A stretch of 63,012 bases of DNA, the filler included, from Thraustochytrium aureum (lineage: Eukaryota), in assembly GCA_012862495.1 (NCBI GenBank). It is 5 parts of 5 records of this genome, joined end to end, with 100 filler letters (N's around TTAATTAATTAA, not from the genome) between each part and the next. Parts side by side here need not be neighbours in the genome. Positions count along the whole stretch, not along the records: positions 31,353 to 56,470 come from BLSG01000407.1; positions 56,571 to 60,168 come from BLSG01000408.1; 3 more parts are not named here. One strand, given 5' to 3'. The first letter of the stretch is position 1. Each line of letters opens with the position of its first letter. Both the position numbers and the translations under genes were made by a program. Shown one piece after another: positions 45,793 through 56,573 of this stretch. Under the pieces are notes generated by a model that was not told the origin of the DNA, did no database searches, and worked only from the letters and a program-made list of their open reading frames with translations.

Positions 45793-48228
45793 TCATTGGA
45801 CAAAGTTTGCTGGAAAAATGCCTTCCCCGTCGGTGCGCAAGTTTCGCCCTCGCCACCAGTTGTCATCGACGTGCTCGAGGACCTGAATTTGGTCGCCGGC
45901 TTGAAACACCAGGTCCTCCTCGCTCTCGCCGGGGAAGTCGTAGACCGCGGTGACAACCTCGTCTGCTGCCTCGCCGGGTTCTTCAGTGTGGAAATCGAGT
46001 TGGCTCTCGTTCACTCCAGCAGCACCAGCAGCAGGGAGGTCCTGCTCGGACTCGCCAACGTATGTCCGCGGAAGGAGTCCCTCTTCTCCAGTCTCGAGGT
46101 TGCGGCAACGGACCCACTGGTCGTCGATCTCCTCGAGGATCTCGAGCGGTTGGCCTGCTTCGACCGCGAGGTCGTCTGCCTCTTCCTTCTCAAAGCTGAA
46201 CAGGGCCACGACTTGCCCCTGGCCTTGGCCGGCAGCCTCGGCCTCAGCTGCAGCAAGGGCAGCTTCTTCCTCTTCCCGCGCTTGGGCGGCTGCAGCAGCG
46301 GCCCTCTCTGCCGCTTCTTCCTCCTGCTGCTGCCGCAGGCGTTCTGCTTCCGCCGCTTCCTGCCGCTGCCGTTCGGCCTCTTCGGCAAGCCTCTCTTGCT
46401 CCAGCCGCTCTTGCTCGCGGCGTTCTCGCTCCCGTTCTTGCTCTCTCGCTTCCTCCGCTTGAGCGTCTCCGGCGCCCTCGCCCGCTTCTTCAGCGTCGGC
46501 TACGTAGTTGCGCGGGAAGATTCCCTCTTCGCCGGTGTCCAGGCAGCGGCCGCGCCACCACCCTTCGTCGAGCTCCTCGAGCTTTTCGATCCTTTGTCCT
46601 TCGTCGAACCTGAGGTCGCCGGCTTCTTCGCCAGGGAAGCTGTAGAGAGCAACATATACGTTGCCCGCGGATCCAGGGCGTTGCCAGGGCAGCTACTGCC
46701 TGCTGCTCTTCAGCTTTCTGTTGCGCAGCAAGCTCTTCGTCACGGCGTTGTTGCTCTTCTAGCGCGCGCCGCTCTTCCTGCTCGCGACGTTCTTGCTCTT
46801 CCCGGTCGCGACGTTCTTGCTCTTCCCGGTCGCGACGTTCTTGCTCCTCCCGGTCGCGGCGCTCTTGCTCATCCCGGTCGCGGCGCTCTTCCTGTTCACG
46901 TTCGCGGCGCTCTTGCTCTTCTAGCGCGCGCCGCTCTTCCTGTTCACGTTCGCGGCGCTCCTGCTCCTCCCGGTCGCGGCGCTCTTGGTCTTCGCGATGT
47001 TCNNNNNNNNNNNNNNNNNNNNNNNNNNNNNNNNNNNNNNNNNNNNNNNNNNNNNNNNNNNNNNNNNNNNNNNNNNNNNNNNNNNNNNNNNNNNNNNNNN
47101 NNNNNNNNNNNNNNNNNNNNNNNNNNNNNNNNNNNNNNNNNNNNNNNNNNNNNNNNNNNNNNCTTGCTCTTCACGTTCGCGGCGCTCTTGTTCCTCCCGG
47201 CCGCGGCGTTCTTGCTCCTCCCGGTCGCGGCGCTCTTGCTCTTCGCGTTCGCGGCGCTCACGATTCTGGCGCTCTTGCTCCTCGCCCCGCTCCTGCTCTT
47301 CACGTTCGCGGCGCTCTTGCTCTTCGCGTTCGCGGCGCTCACGATTCTGGCGCTCTTGCTCTTCGCTCCGCTCTTGCTCTTCGCGTTCGCGGCGCTCTTG
47401 CTCGTCGCGGCGCTCCTGCTCTTCACGTTCGCGACGCTCTTGCTCCTCCTGTTGAGCACGAGCAACACGCGCCTCTTCTTCAGCCTTCCTTTGGCGCTCC
47501 TGGTCCCCCAGCATGCGCTGGTCCTCTTCCTCCTTTTGGCGCTGCAGACGCACGACCTCGTCGACCTTTGCCTTGCGAATGCGGTCGAGCTCTTCGCGCT
47601 CACGCTCTTGCTTCTCGCGAAGCATCCGCTCGAACGCGTTTGGGCCAGAGTTGCGCCTTGACGCGGCGATGGCGTCCAGTTCCTTGCGGCGCGCCTCCTC
47701 CTCGAGCTCCGCCATGGACTTTACCTTGTTCTGCCCGACATACGACACAGACTGCGCCTCTGCGCTGCGGTGGCGGAGGGACTCGAGCTCTTTTCGCCTC
47801 TCCTCCTCCTCTCGCTGCGCGTGCGATGACCCAGTAGGAGCAGGCCTCGGCGCGGCGGCTGGCGCGCGGGATGGCGCAGGGCTTGGCGCGGCCGCAGCCA
47901 GCACTGGAGCCGCGGCAGCTTGCGTCCTCGCATTCTGCGCCTTTTCCGCGTCTTCCTTTTCTCGGGCAGCTCGATCAGCCTCGGCCTTGGCGCGCTCGGC
48001 GGCCTCGGCTTTGGCGCGCTCGGCTTTGGCGCGCTCGGCGGCCTCAGCGGCTTCCTTATCTTTGCGCAGTTGCGCAGCTTTCGTGACCGTCGGTGCGCTC
48101 ACGGCGGCAGGCGCTCCGACATCCACATCGAGCCAGTCCTCGTCGCTTCCATCCTCATTCGCGTGGTCTTCCTCCTCCAGCTGCCTGCGCCGCACCGCCT
48201 CCGGGAGGCCCATATTATGGTACGACAT
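45793..48228 (-). CDS. Triple-SH3 adaptor with N-terminal acidic DEDW motif and long E/R/Q charged-helix repeat; gap and frameshift near 46676
   Basis: SH3s: VALYSFPGEEAGDL...GWWRG...GIFPRNYV, VALFSFEKEEADDL...QWVRC...GLLPRTYV, TAVYDFPGESEEDL...NWWRG...GIFPANFV*; (EEQERRER)n. Confidence 0.85.
46745..47450 (-). repeat. Coding 24-bp-based tandem repeat (EEQERRER/EEQERRDR)
   Basis: Repeated gctcttgctcttc(a/g)cgttcgcggc units on + strand. Confidence 0.88.
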
Positions 48229-48343
48229 GGGGTGTGGGGGCGAAGGCCCACCTTGCACCTAGGCCAGAAAACACTTCTCGAGCCCGCCTGCCCAAATGCC
48301 GCCCGGACTCGCGAGGTCGCCGCCACCGCCGCCGCGCAAGTAC

Positions 48344-48383
48344 GCTGCTGCTGCTGCTGCTGCTGCTGCTCCTCCTGCTGCTG
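48344..48383. repeat. (CTG)n trinucleotide microsatellite
   Basis: gctgctgctgctgctgctgctgctgctcctcctgctgctg. Confidence 0.9.
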
Positions 48384-48963
48384 TCCTGCTGTGCCGCTGC
48401 GGTGCGCTGCTGGGGTTCGCGGTCTGCTGGGGTTCGCGGTCTGCTGGAGCAGATGCTGGCCGAGATGGCGCCGCGTCCAGGCCCCGCTTGCGCTCTGCGC
48501 GAGGTCAGCGGCTGCGTCGGGGCGTGCGGGTCGCCGCGTCGGGGGCCCCGGGCGAGGCGGGAGGGCCAAGTGCGAGGGGGATCGGGACGCGGGAAGGACG
48601 CGGTCTGTCGCACGTACCAGCTTAGCCGTAGAGAGAGTAGAGTTCGAACTATCTTGGCCAGACTGACCACACTCCCTCCCTCCGCGACGCGCTCTGCAGT
48701 GCCGGATGCTGCCCAGGGCTGCTGGCCCTGGCCGCGCATCGGGCCTGCGGCGTGCCGGGTGAAGGCCTGCAGGGGCGGCTGAGCCCTCCAGAGGGAGGTT
48801 GGTGGATGGATGAACATGACGGACTCTAGAGGCACGTTACAGCGCGTTAGCTATGTTGGTATCGATCGATAGACCTCGCTGCCGGACGCGCTTGCGACAC
48901 GAGCATGGGGATGGATGGCGGTTGGTGGTGGGGTGTACAGTGGCCGGCCGATTGAGGGACCTT

Positions 48964-48996
48964 GTGCATGTGCATGCATGCATGCATGCATGCATG
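48964..48996. repeat. (TGCA)n self-complementary microsatellite
   Basis: gtgcatgtgcatgcatgcatgcatgcatgcatg immediately downstream of the stop of the minus-strand gene. Confidence 0.9.
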
Positions 48997-48998
48997 CG

Positions 48999-50776
48999 CT
49001 ACATGACCGAGCAGCCGATGGACGGCGTCTCGGAGGAAAACCCAGCGAGGGTCGCGATCTGGTCCAGGTGCGTCTCGCCGCCGGCGACGAGGTCGTAGTC
49101 GGCGTTGCCGATCTTGGCGCTGGTCTCCTTGGCCATGCGCTGGAAGACGTCGCCCATGAGACGGCGCTTGTTGACATCGTAGCCGATCTTTTCGAGCTGG
49201 TCGATTTTTTGGTCGCGCGCCGCGACGAGGCGCTGCGCGGCAAGCGCGAGCGTGTCGCCGTCCTCCCTGAGGAAGGTGAGGTTGTCGACGGGCACCGCGG
49301 TGGAGCCGTTGCGCAAACACTGGAGGGCTTGGTCGCGGTAAAAGTGGTACATGCGAAGAATGTGCGGGTCTAGCTCGCCCACCTCGAGGTCCTCGAGCTC
49401 GACCGCGTCCAGGTTGAACATAAAGAGCAGGCGGCCCTCGAAGAACGACAAAAAGGTGCCCATTTTAGAGAAGGCGCCGGCGTCCTCGTCGTTGTTCATG
49501 GCGCGCATTATATAGTCGCAGTAGGCCTCGTACATCTCCTGGTAGCTCGGGGGGTCCTCGGTGATCTCTTCGATCGAGGCCGCGCGGCGCCAGCGCTTGT
49601 TCCAGCGACGCAGCGGCGCGTTCCACTCGCACTGCACGGCGTTTGTGTTCCACTTGGTGAGTATGAGAAAGCAGCTCTGACGCAGCTCCCCGAAGAGCTC
49701 CATCAGCGTCAGCTGGTTGGCCATCGTCGCGGGCGTGGCGCGCGTGTTGGTGTCAAAGGAGATGAGCACGTTGTTGATGATGCGCATGCGGCTGATCGAC
49801 TCGGTCGACATCATGATCTGCGAGAGGAGCTCGGTGTCGGTCACCGAGGTGTCTGCCCCGAGGCCCTGGGTGTCGATGAAGGAGACGAAGCTTTCGTCGG
49901 AGATGAAGCCGTCCTGCATGTTGCAGCCCCGGTGCCTTGCGCTTGCGCGCCGCTCNNNNNNNNNNNNNNNNNNNNNNNNNNNNNNNNNNNNNNNNNNNNN
50001 NNNNNNNNNNNNNNNNNNNNNNNNNNNNNNNNNNNNNNNNNNNNNNNNNNNNNNNNNNNNNNNNNNNNNNNNNNNNNNNNNNNNNNNNNNNNNNNNNNNN
50101 NNNNNNNNNNNNNNNNNNNNNNNNNNNNNNNNNNNNNNNNNNNNNNNNNNNNNNNNNNNNNNNNNNNNNNNNNNNNNNNNNNNNNNNNNNNNNNNNNNNN
50201 NNNNNNNNNNNNNNNNNNNNNNNNNNNNNNNNNNNNNNNNNNNNNNNNNNNNNNNNNNNNNNNNNNNNNNNNNNNNNNNNNNNNNNNNNNNNNNNNNNNN
50301 NNNNNNNNNNNNNNNNNNNNNNNNNNNNNNNNNNNNNNNNNNNNNNNNNNNNNNNNNNNNNNNNNNNNNNNNNNNNNNNNNNNNNNNNNNNNNNNNNNNN
50401 NNNNNNNNNNNNNNNNNNNNNNNNNNNNNNNNNNNNNNNNNNNNNNNNNNNNNNNNNNNNNNNNNNNNNNNNNNNNNNNNNNNNNNNNNNNNNNNNNNNN
50501 NNNNNNNNNNNNNNNNNNNNNNNNNNNNNNNNNNNNNNNNNNNNNNNNNNNNNNNNNNNNNNNNNNNNNNNNNNNNNNNNNNNNNNNNNNNNNNNNNNNN
50601 NNNNNNNNNNNNNNNNNNNNNNNNNNNNNNNNNTCGCTGTTGCTGCCGCCGCTGCTGCTGCTGCTGTTGATGCTTCTGCATGGCCGTGGCGGTGATGGCG
50701 TTTGCGGTCGTGGAGATGGAGGTGCGAGAGGCGGTGGTGGCGCTGCTCCAACCGTGTCGGGGTCGTGCTTGTGCAT
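48999..50776 (-). CDS. P-loop GTPase-like protein (AIG1/GIMAP-like) ending in CAAX; Walker A presumably in gap, start uncertain
   Basis: G3-like FIDTQGL, G4-like LILTKWN, helical C-terminus, terminal CSVM*; Pro/Ser-rich segment before the gap. Confidence 0.55.
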
Positions 50777-51354
50777 GTACTGCGCCGAGACTTTCGACTT
50801 GCCTTGGGAGGCCGTTGGGCGGCGCTGCCGCGGGCGCTCGAGCGTCCAGCGGTGCTGGCCGAGGCGACGGCGGCCTCGTGCATTTGGCTTGGAACTCGCA
50901 TCAAAACAAGCACCTGCCTGCGCACCCCGAACGCGGGCCGAAGGGCCACAGCCCGGCCGAATCAAGCTGTCGCTATGTAGCAAATTCTGCCGCCGTCCTC
51001 GTGCAGCAGCTTTCGATCGGGCGGGCGTCTCGTGTCAGCATCGCAAGGCGGTTGGCATCCGGGTACAGGCGACGGCAGGTACGCTTGGCGACCTTTGATT
51101 CGCCTCATCAGGCTGCATCAGGGCTATCAAGCGCTGGATCCTCTCCAGCGCGCAGCCTAATCGCTGGCGCAGCGAGGCGCCCCGGTTGGTTCGGCGTGCC
51201 ATCCCCGAGTCGTTCAACTCTCGGGCAGCGCGGCACGCCCAGATGTCACATCCGCGATGTCCTTAGCTCGTCGCACGTTCCTTGTTCCTTGTAAATTCCT
51301 TGTTCCTTACTCGTCCTTATTCCTTATTCCTTTCGTTTTAGTTCCTTGTTCTTT

Positions 51355-51641
51355 GGTCGCATCCGTTCGGTTCGGAAAGGGAAGTTCGCGGGGAGTGGGG
51401 GCGAAATCCGCACTCTCCACGTTGAGCCCTATCTTCGCTGGTTCCTACACAGAGCCCTTTAGGGCCGCTGCGGAAAGCCTGATGTGAGAGGAGTGGGACG
51501 CGAGTCCAGGATCGCATGTCCCTCTCAGCACGGGCAGGTCTGCGGGAAGAGTGGACTTGTCCCTCACGCACGTGGCCGGAACGAACGAGGGACGAGTCCC
51601 AGCAGTAGTTCGTTCAGCAGGGGGACACTGGCGAGAGACAT
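51355..51641 (+). ncRNA. Candidate structured non-coding RNA of unknown class
   Basis: At least seven mutually compatible helices of 4-12 bp with many G-U pairs on the + strand, a GCGA (GNRA) tetraloop, and no convincing ORF; see findings. Confidence 0.5.
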
Positions 51642-53329
51642 AAAATAAAACCAACTAATTTGATAAAAGAAAATAAAGAAAATAAAAGTAAAAAAAAGAT
51701 AATAAAAGACTTGAGACTTCTTTCCTCTCCCTCACTACAAAACGCAGTTTTACACTGTTGAAAACTGAGTCTGCGGCGGTGGCCACGTGCTGGACGCGTG
51801 GCCTCGACTCTACCCTCACCGAACGGCGGCCTTTACATCGTTCTTGCAACGCCGCTGCTTTGCCCTGTCGCGTGCTGTTGCGCAAAAGACCTACGTTTTA
51901 AACCTCGCGTGTCAAGCGCGAGTGCAAAGTGGTACTGTCCACCAATTCCATTTCCTGGCGAAATCTACCGAAAAGATCTCGGGATAATTACACATTATCC
52001 GCGATATCTAACCATATCTATCCATCACAGATATCACCGTATTGATACGGAAAGGTACGTAAAATTACTCCGATACCCCCGCTGGGACATGGCATCGTGG
52101 AGCCGGCAGAAAAGGGCGCACGGACAGACCGTTCCACTCACTCTCAAGATCTCCTCGCTTCATGCCATAGACCTACAACCCTATCAGTCCCCCGCTCGGC
52201 TCGCCCAGCCACAGAGCGGCATCCGCCAGAAAATCGACCACTTGGCGCCCGAGTGGAGGCCGCCCAGGCCTTGAGGTGACGGACCGTATGCGAACGCCTC
52301 TCCCTCACAACGGATCTCCTCACTCCCTCTCACCGCTCTCCCTCTCCCTCTCTCACTCCCTCCTGGCGTTCCTCCGAGTGGCTGCTTCNNNNNNNNNNNN
52401 NNNNNNNNNNNNNNNNNNNNNNNNNNNNNNNNNNNNNNNNNNNNNNNNNNNNNNNNNNNNNNNNNNNNNNNNNNNNNNNNNNNNNNNNNNNNNNNNNNNN
52501 NNNNNNNNNNNNNNNNNNNNNNNNNNNNNNNNNNNNNNNNNNNNNNNNNNNNNNNNNNNNNNNNNNNNNNNNNNNNNNNNNNNNNNNNNNNNNNNNNNNN
52601 NNNNNNNNNNNNNNNNNNNNNNNNNNNNNNNNNNNNNNNNNNNNNNNNNNNNNNNNNNNNNNNNNNNNNNNNNNNNNNNNNNNNNNNNNNNNNNNNNNNN
52701 NNNNNNNNNNNNNNNNNNNNNNNNNNNNNNNNNNNNNNNNNNNNNNNNNNNNNNNNNNNNNNNNNNNNNNNNNNNNNNNNNNNNNNNNNNNNNNNNNNNN
52801 NNNNNNNNNNNNNNNNNNNNNNNNNNNNNNNNNNNNNNNNNNNNNNNNNNNNNNNNNNNNNNNNNNNNNNNNNNNNNNNNNNNNNNNNNNNNNNNNNNNN
52901 NNNNNNNNNNNNNNNNNNNNNNNNNNNNNNNNNNNNNNNNNNNNNNNNNNNNNNNNNNNNNNNNNNNNNNNNNNNNNNNNNNNNNNNNNNNNNNNNNNNN
53001 NNNNNNNNNNNNNNNNNNNNNNNNNNNNNNNNNNNNNNNNNNNNNNNNNNNNNNNNNNNNNNNNNNNNNNNNNNNNNNNNNNNNNNNNNNNNNNNNNNNN
53101 NNNNNNNNNNNNNNNNNNNNNNNNNNNNNNNNNNNNNNNNNNNNNNNNNNNNNNNNNNNNNNNNNNNNNNNNNNNNNNNNNNNNNNNNNNNNNNNNNNNN
53201 NNNNNNNNNNNNNNNNNNNNNNNNNNNNNNNNNNNNNNNNNNNNNNNNNNNNNNNNNNNNNNNNNNNNNNNNNNNNNNNNNNNNNNNNNNNNNNNNNNNN
53301 NNNNNNNNNNNNNNNNNNNNNNNGGGTAG

Positions 53330-53593
53330 AGGGTTGTTAGGGGCGTCTCAGAGAATGTCGGTGCCAAGCCCAGGTCGCCGAGCCACGAGCATGTGACGCT
53401 GACGCGCGGCGCGTCGCTGGCGGAGATGAAGGCCAACTCGAGGGAGGAGAAGGAGAAGATTATGCCGTTCGCGTTCGAGTCCTCGCCAAAGCCGCTGAAG
53501 AAGTGCATGGGACTCACGCCGGACTCGTCGCTGGTCGAGATCAACAACAAGAACAAGTCGATCGCCCCCTTCAACCCGAACTACTCGGACTAG
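53330..53593 (+). CDS. 3' fragment/last exon of a hypothetical protein (remainder in gap)
   Basis: Open frame with host-like GC3-rich codons RVVRGVSENVG...IMPFAFESSPKPLKKC...PFNPNYSD*. Confidence 0.45.
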   Translation, partial: RVVRGVSENVGAKPRSPSHEHVTLTRGASLAEMKANSREEKEKIMPFAFESSPKPLKKCMGLTPDSSLVEINNKNKSIAPFNPNYSD

Positions 53594-53739
53594 GTGCGCA
53601 GGAAGCGCTCTGCGCCCTGCAACCACCATGTATAGTACTCTACCAAGTATCATTGCTGACCTTCCATAACCAACGTCCCGTCCCGCCGCCTGCGTGGCCA
53701 AAACAAAACACATTGCGTTTTCCTTCTTGCCAGAGAATG

Positions 53740-56264
53740 TCAGCTCGACGCTCGAGAGCCTGCGCGGCTCCGCTCGTCGGTGGAGAGCGATCGCAGCAGC
53801 TTGCCGAAGAGCCGCATCGCGGGCGAGACATGGCCGTCCTCGCGCCGCGCCGCGTCCTCCTCGTCGCTGCTGCCGCCAGCGCCGTCCAGCTCTGACGGGC
53901 TCTGCGAGGACAGCGAGCCAGACGGCATGGTGCGCCGCCGCGTAAATCGCGCCGCCAGCTTGGCTCGCACGTCGGCCGGCTCCAGCAGCGCCGCAGGCGC
54001 AACGCCTTCGCGGTTCCTCCACGAGTGGAACAGCGCCCCGCCCACGACGTAATAAACCTCGACCGCGCAGAGCGTCTCGGTGGCACTCACCCGGCGGCAG
54101 GCAACGTGCAGCGCTGTGTCCTGCGCGCGATCTGCGAGTCGCGGCAGGGTCAGCGGGCTCAGAGNNNNNNNNNNNNNNNNNNNNNNNNNNNNNNNNNNNN
54201 NNNNNNNNNNNNNNNNNNNNNNNNNNNNNNNNNNNNNNNNNNNNNNNNNNNNNNNNNNNNNNNNNNNNNNNNNNNNNNNNNNNNNNNNNNNNNNNNNNNN
54301 NNNNNNNNNNNNNNNNNNNNNNNNNNNNNNNNNNNNNNNNNNNNNNNNNNNNNNNNNNNNNNNNNNNNNNNNNNNNNNNNNNNNNNNNNNNNNNNNNNNN
54401 NNNNNNNNNNNNNNNNNNNNNNNNNNNNNNNNNNNNNNNNNNNNNNNNNNNNNNNNNNNNNNNNNNNNNNNNNNNNNNNNNNNNNNNNNNNNNNNNNNNN
54501 NNNNNNNNNNNNNNNNNNNNNNNNNNNNNNNNNNNNNNNNNNNNNNNNNNNNNNNNNNNNNNNNNNNNNNNNNNNNNNNNNNNNNNNNNNNNNNNNNNNN
54601 NNNNNNNNNNNNNNNNNNNNNNNNNNNNNNNNNNNNNNNNNNNNNNNNNNNNNNNNNNNNNNNNNNNNNNNNNNNNNNNNNNNNNNNNNNNNNNNNNNNN
54701 NNNNNNNNNNNNNNNNNNNNNNNNNNNNNNNNNNNNNNNNNNNNNNNNNNNNNNNNNNNNNNNNNNNNNNNNNNNNNNNNNNNNNNNNNNNNNNNNNNNN
54801 NNNNNNNNNNNNNNNNNNNNNNNNNNNNNNNNNNNNNNNNNNNNNNNNNNNNNNNNNNNNNNNNNNNNNNNNNNNNNNNNNNNNNNNNNNNNNNNNNNNN
54901 NNNNNNNNNNNNNNNNNNNNNNNNNNNNNNNNNNNNNNNNNNNNNNNNNNNNNNNNNNNNNNNNNNNNNNNNNNNNNNNNNNNNNNNNNNNNNNNNNNNN
55001 NNNNNNNNNNNNNNNNNNNNNNNNNNNNNNNNNNNNNNNNNNNNNNNNNNNNNNNNNNNNNNNNNNNNNNNNNNNNNNNNNNNNNNNNNNNNNNNNNNNN
55101 NNNNNNNNNNNNNNNNNNNNNNGAGGGGCTGGCCCGAGTCGCCCCCGGCGCTGCTTCCGCCGAGGTCGAGGGCGTCGCTGAAGTTGACGTCCACGAAGGC
55201 GGCCAGCGCGTCCAGCCAGGCCTCCCGCTCGCTCAGCGACGCGCTGGCCAGTCGGAGCTTGGCCCGCCCAGGCCTGCACACGTTGAAGCGAAACTTGCTC
55301 GTGCTCTCCCCGTACGCCTTCTCCACAAAGGTGCCAGGCTCCATTTTGACGCGCTTTTCGAACGCACCGGCGTCCGCCAGCTCCTCGGCGCTCTGTTCGC
55401 GACGAAACATGCACAGGCAGTTCCAGTCCTCGTAGTACACAAAGTACCGCCGCTTCCAAAGCAGCCGCGAGTAGACAAAGAGCCACCCATGCCTTTTGGC
55501 CACGCGCCGCACGGGCGCGGCGCGTGGCCCGCCCTCGTCGCAGTCGAGCTCGCGGACGGCGACCCTTACGCGCCAGCTGCTGCTCGTCCGTTGCCAGGGC
55601 CAGCGCCGTTGTTATTGATGTTGCTGCCGCTGCTGCTACTGGCGACGCCGCTCTCGCCGCTCTCGCCGCCAAGGCCCCGGCAGGGGCCGCTGCCCGTGCT
55701 TGCCAAGCTCGCGAGACTGCCGGTACTGGCGCTGCTCGTGTACGTTGCGAGCCGCGCGAGCCGCCGGAGCGCGCCGCCGAGGCCGCTCCGCTCGCCGTAC
55801 TCAAAGTCCTCTTCCACGTCGCTCCCGTGCCGGCTCCTGCCGCTAACCGGCTTCAGCTCGACCCACACGTGGCGCGCCTCGCGCGCGCTCCCTTCGAGCT
55901 CGGCCGTCGGCAGCACCACGCTGCCAATGCGCCGCTCTTCGCCGGACCGGAGGACCACCACAGCGTCCAGCCGAAGCCCAGACTCGGCGCTCGTCTCCAC
56001 GACAAGCGCCGCGCCTTCCTCCCACTCGACGCGCCCGTCCTCGTCAGGGATGCCCCGAATGCTCGGCACCTCGCCGCCAACGCCCTCTTCCCGCTGCTCC
56101 TCGGCCTGCCGAATGCACACGCGCACCACATCGTGCTGCATTTGCGCCCATTGCGGATAGCTCGTCCTGCTTTCAGACACGGTCACGCAGAACGCGGCGC
56201 GCCGCGACGGCAAGTGCACGCTGGGCTGCGCAGCCGAGGTGACCTCGTAGTGCACGTCCGACAT
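53740..56264 (-). CDS. C2-like + PH + ankyrin-repeat protein; frameshift near 55570 and large gap
   Basis: C2-like VEWEE...RRIGSVVLP...VWVELKP...VRVAV; PH KRHGWL...WKRRYFV...SEREAWLDAL; ankyrin DTALHVAC...NREG. Confidence 0.7.
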
Positions 56265-56514
56265 GGTGTTCCACTCTTGCCGTGTCCTCCACCAAGCCAA
56301 TCCTCGCGAGCGGGTCCTCGGGCGCCGCAACGGGGCCGGCCGCCCTCGCCTTTTCGCCTTCCTCGGCCCAGCTTTCCACCGCTGGGCGGCGCTGGGAGTC
56401 CTAGGCGGTCGCTCGCTCTTCTCGCCCGTCCTGGCATGCACTTTCCGCCACGGCCAACCAAGCAGGACGCNNNNNNNNNNNNNNNNNNNNNNNNNNNNNN
56501 NNNNNNNNNNNNNN

Positions 56515-56526
56515 TTAATTAATTAA
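56515..56526. other. Artificial scaffold linker TTAATTAATTAA
   Basis: Same N-padded 12-mer. Confidence 0.95.
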
Positions 56527-56573
56527 NNNNNNNNNNNNNNNNNNNNNNNNNNNNNNNNNNNNNNNNNNNNTTA

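Noticed and set aside
45796..47661. 621-aa hydrophobic + strand ORF resembling a membrane protein
   Set aside because: Antisense shadow of the E/R/Q-repeat SH3 gene
51355..51641. Assignment of the structured RNA to RNase P/MRP, SRP, hammerhead or TPP riboswitch
   Set aside because: Only partial look-alikes (GGGAAGUUC, AGG...AGCA, CUGAUG); the required partner motifs (CR-V, proper helix-8 GNRA, CUGAUGA/GAAA core, CUGAGA) are absent
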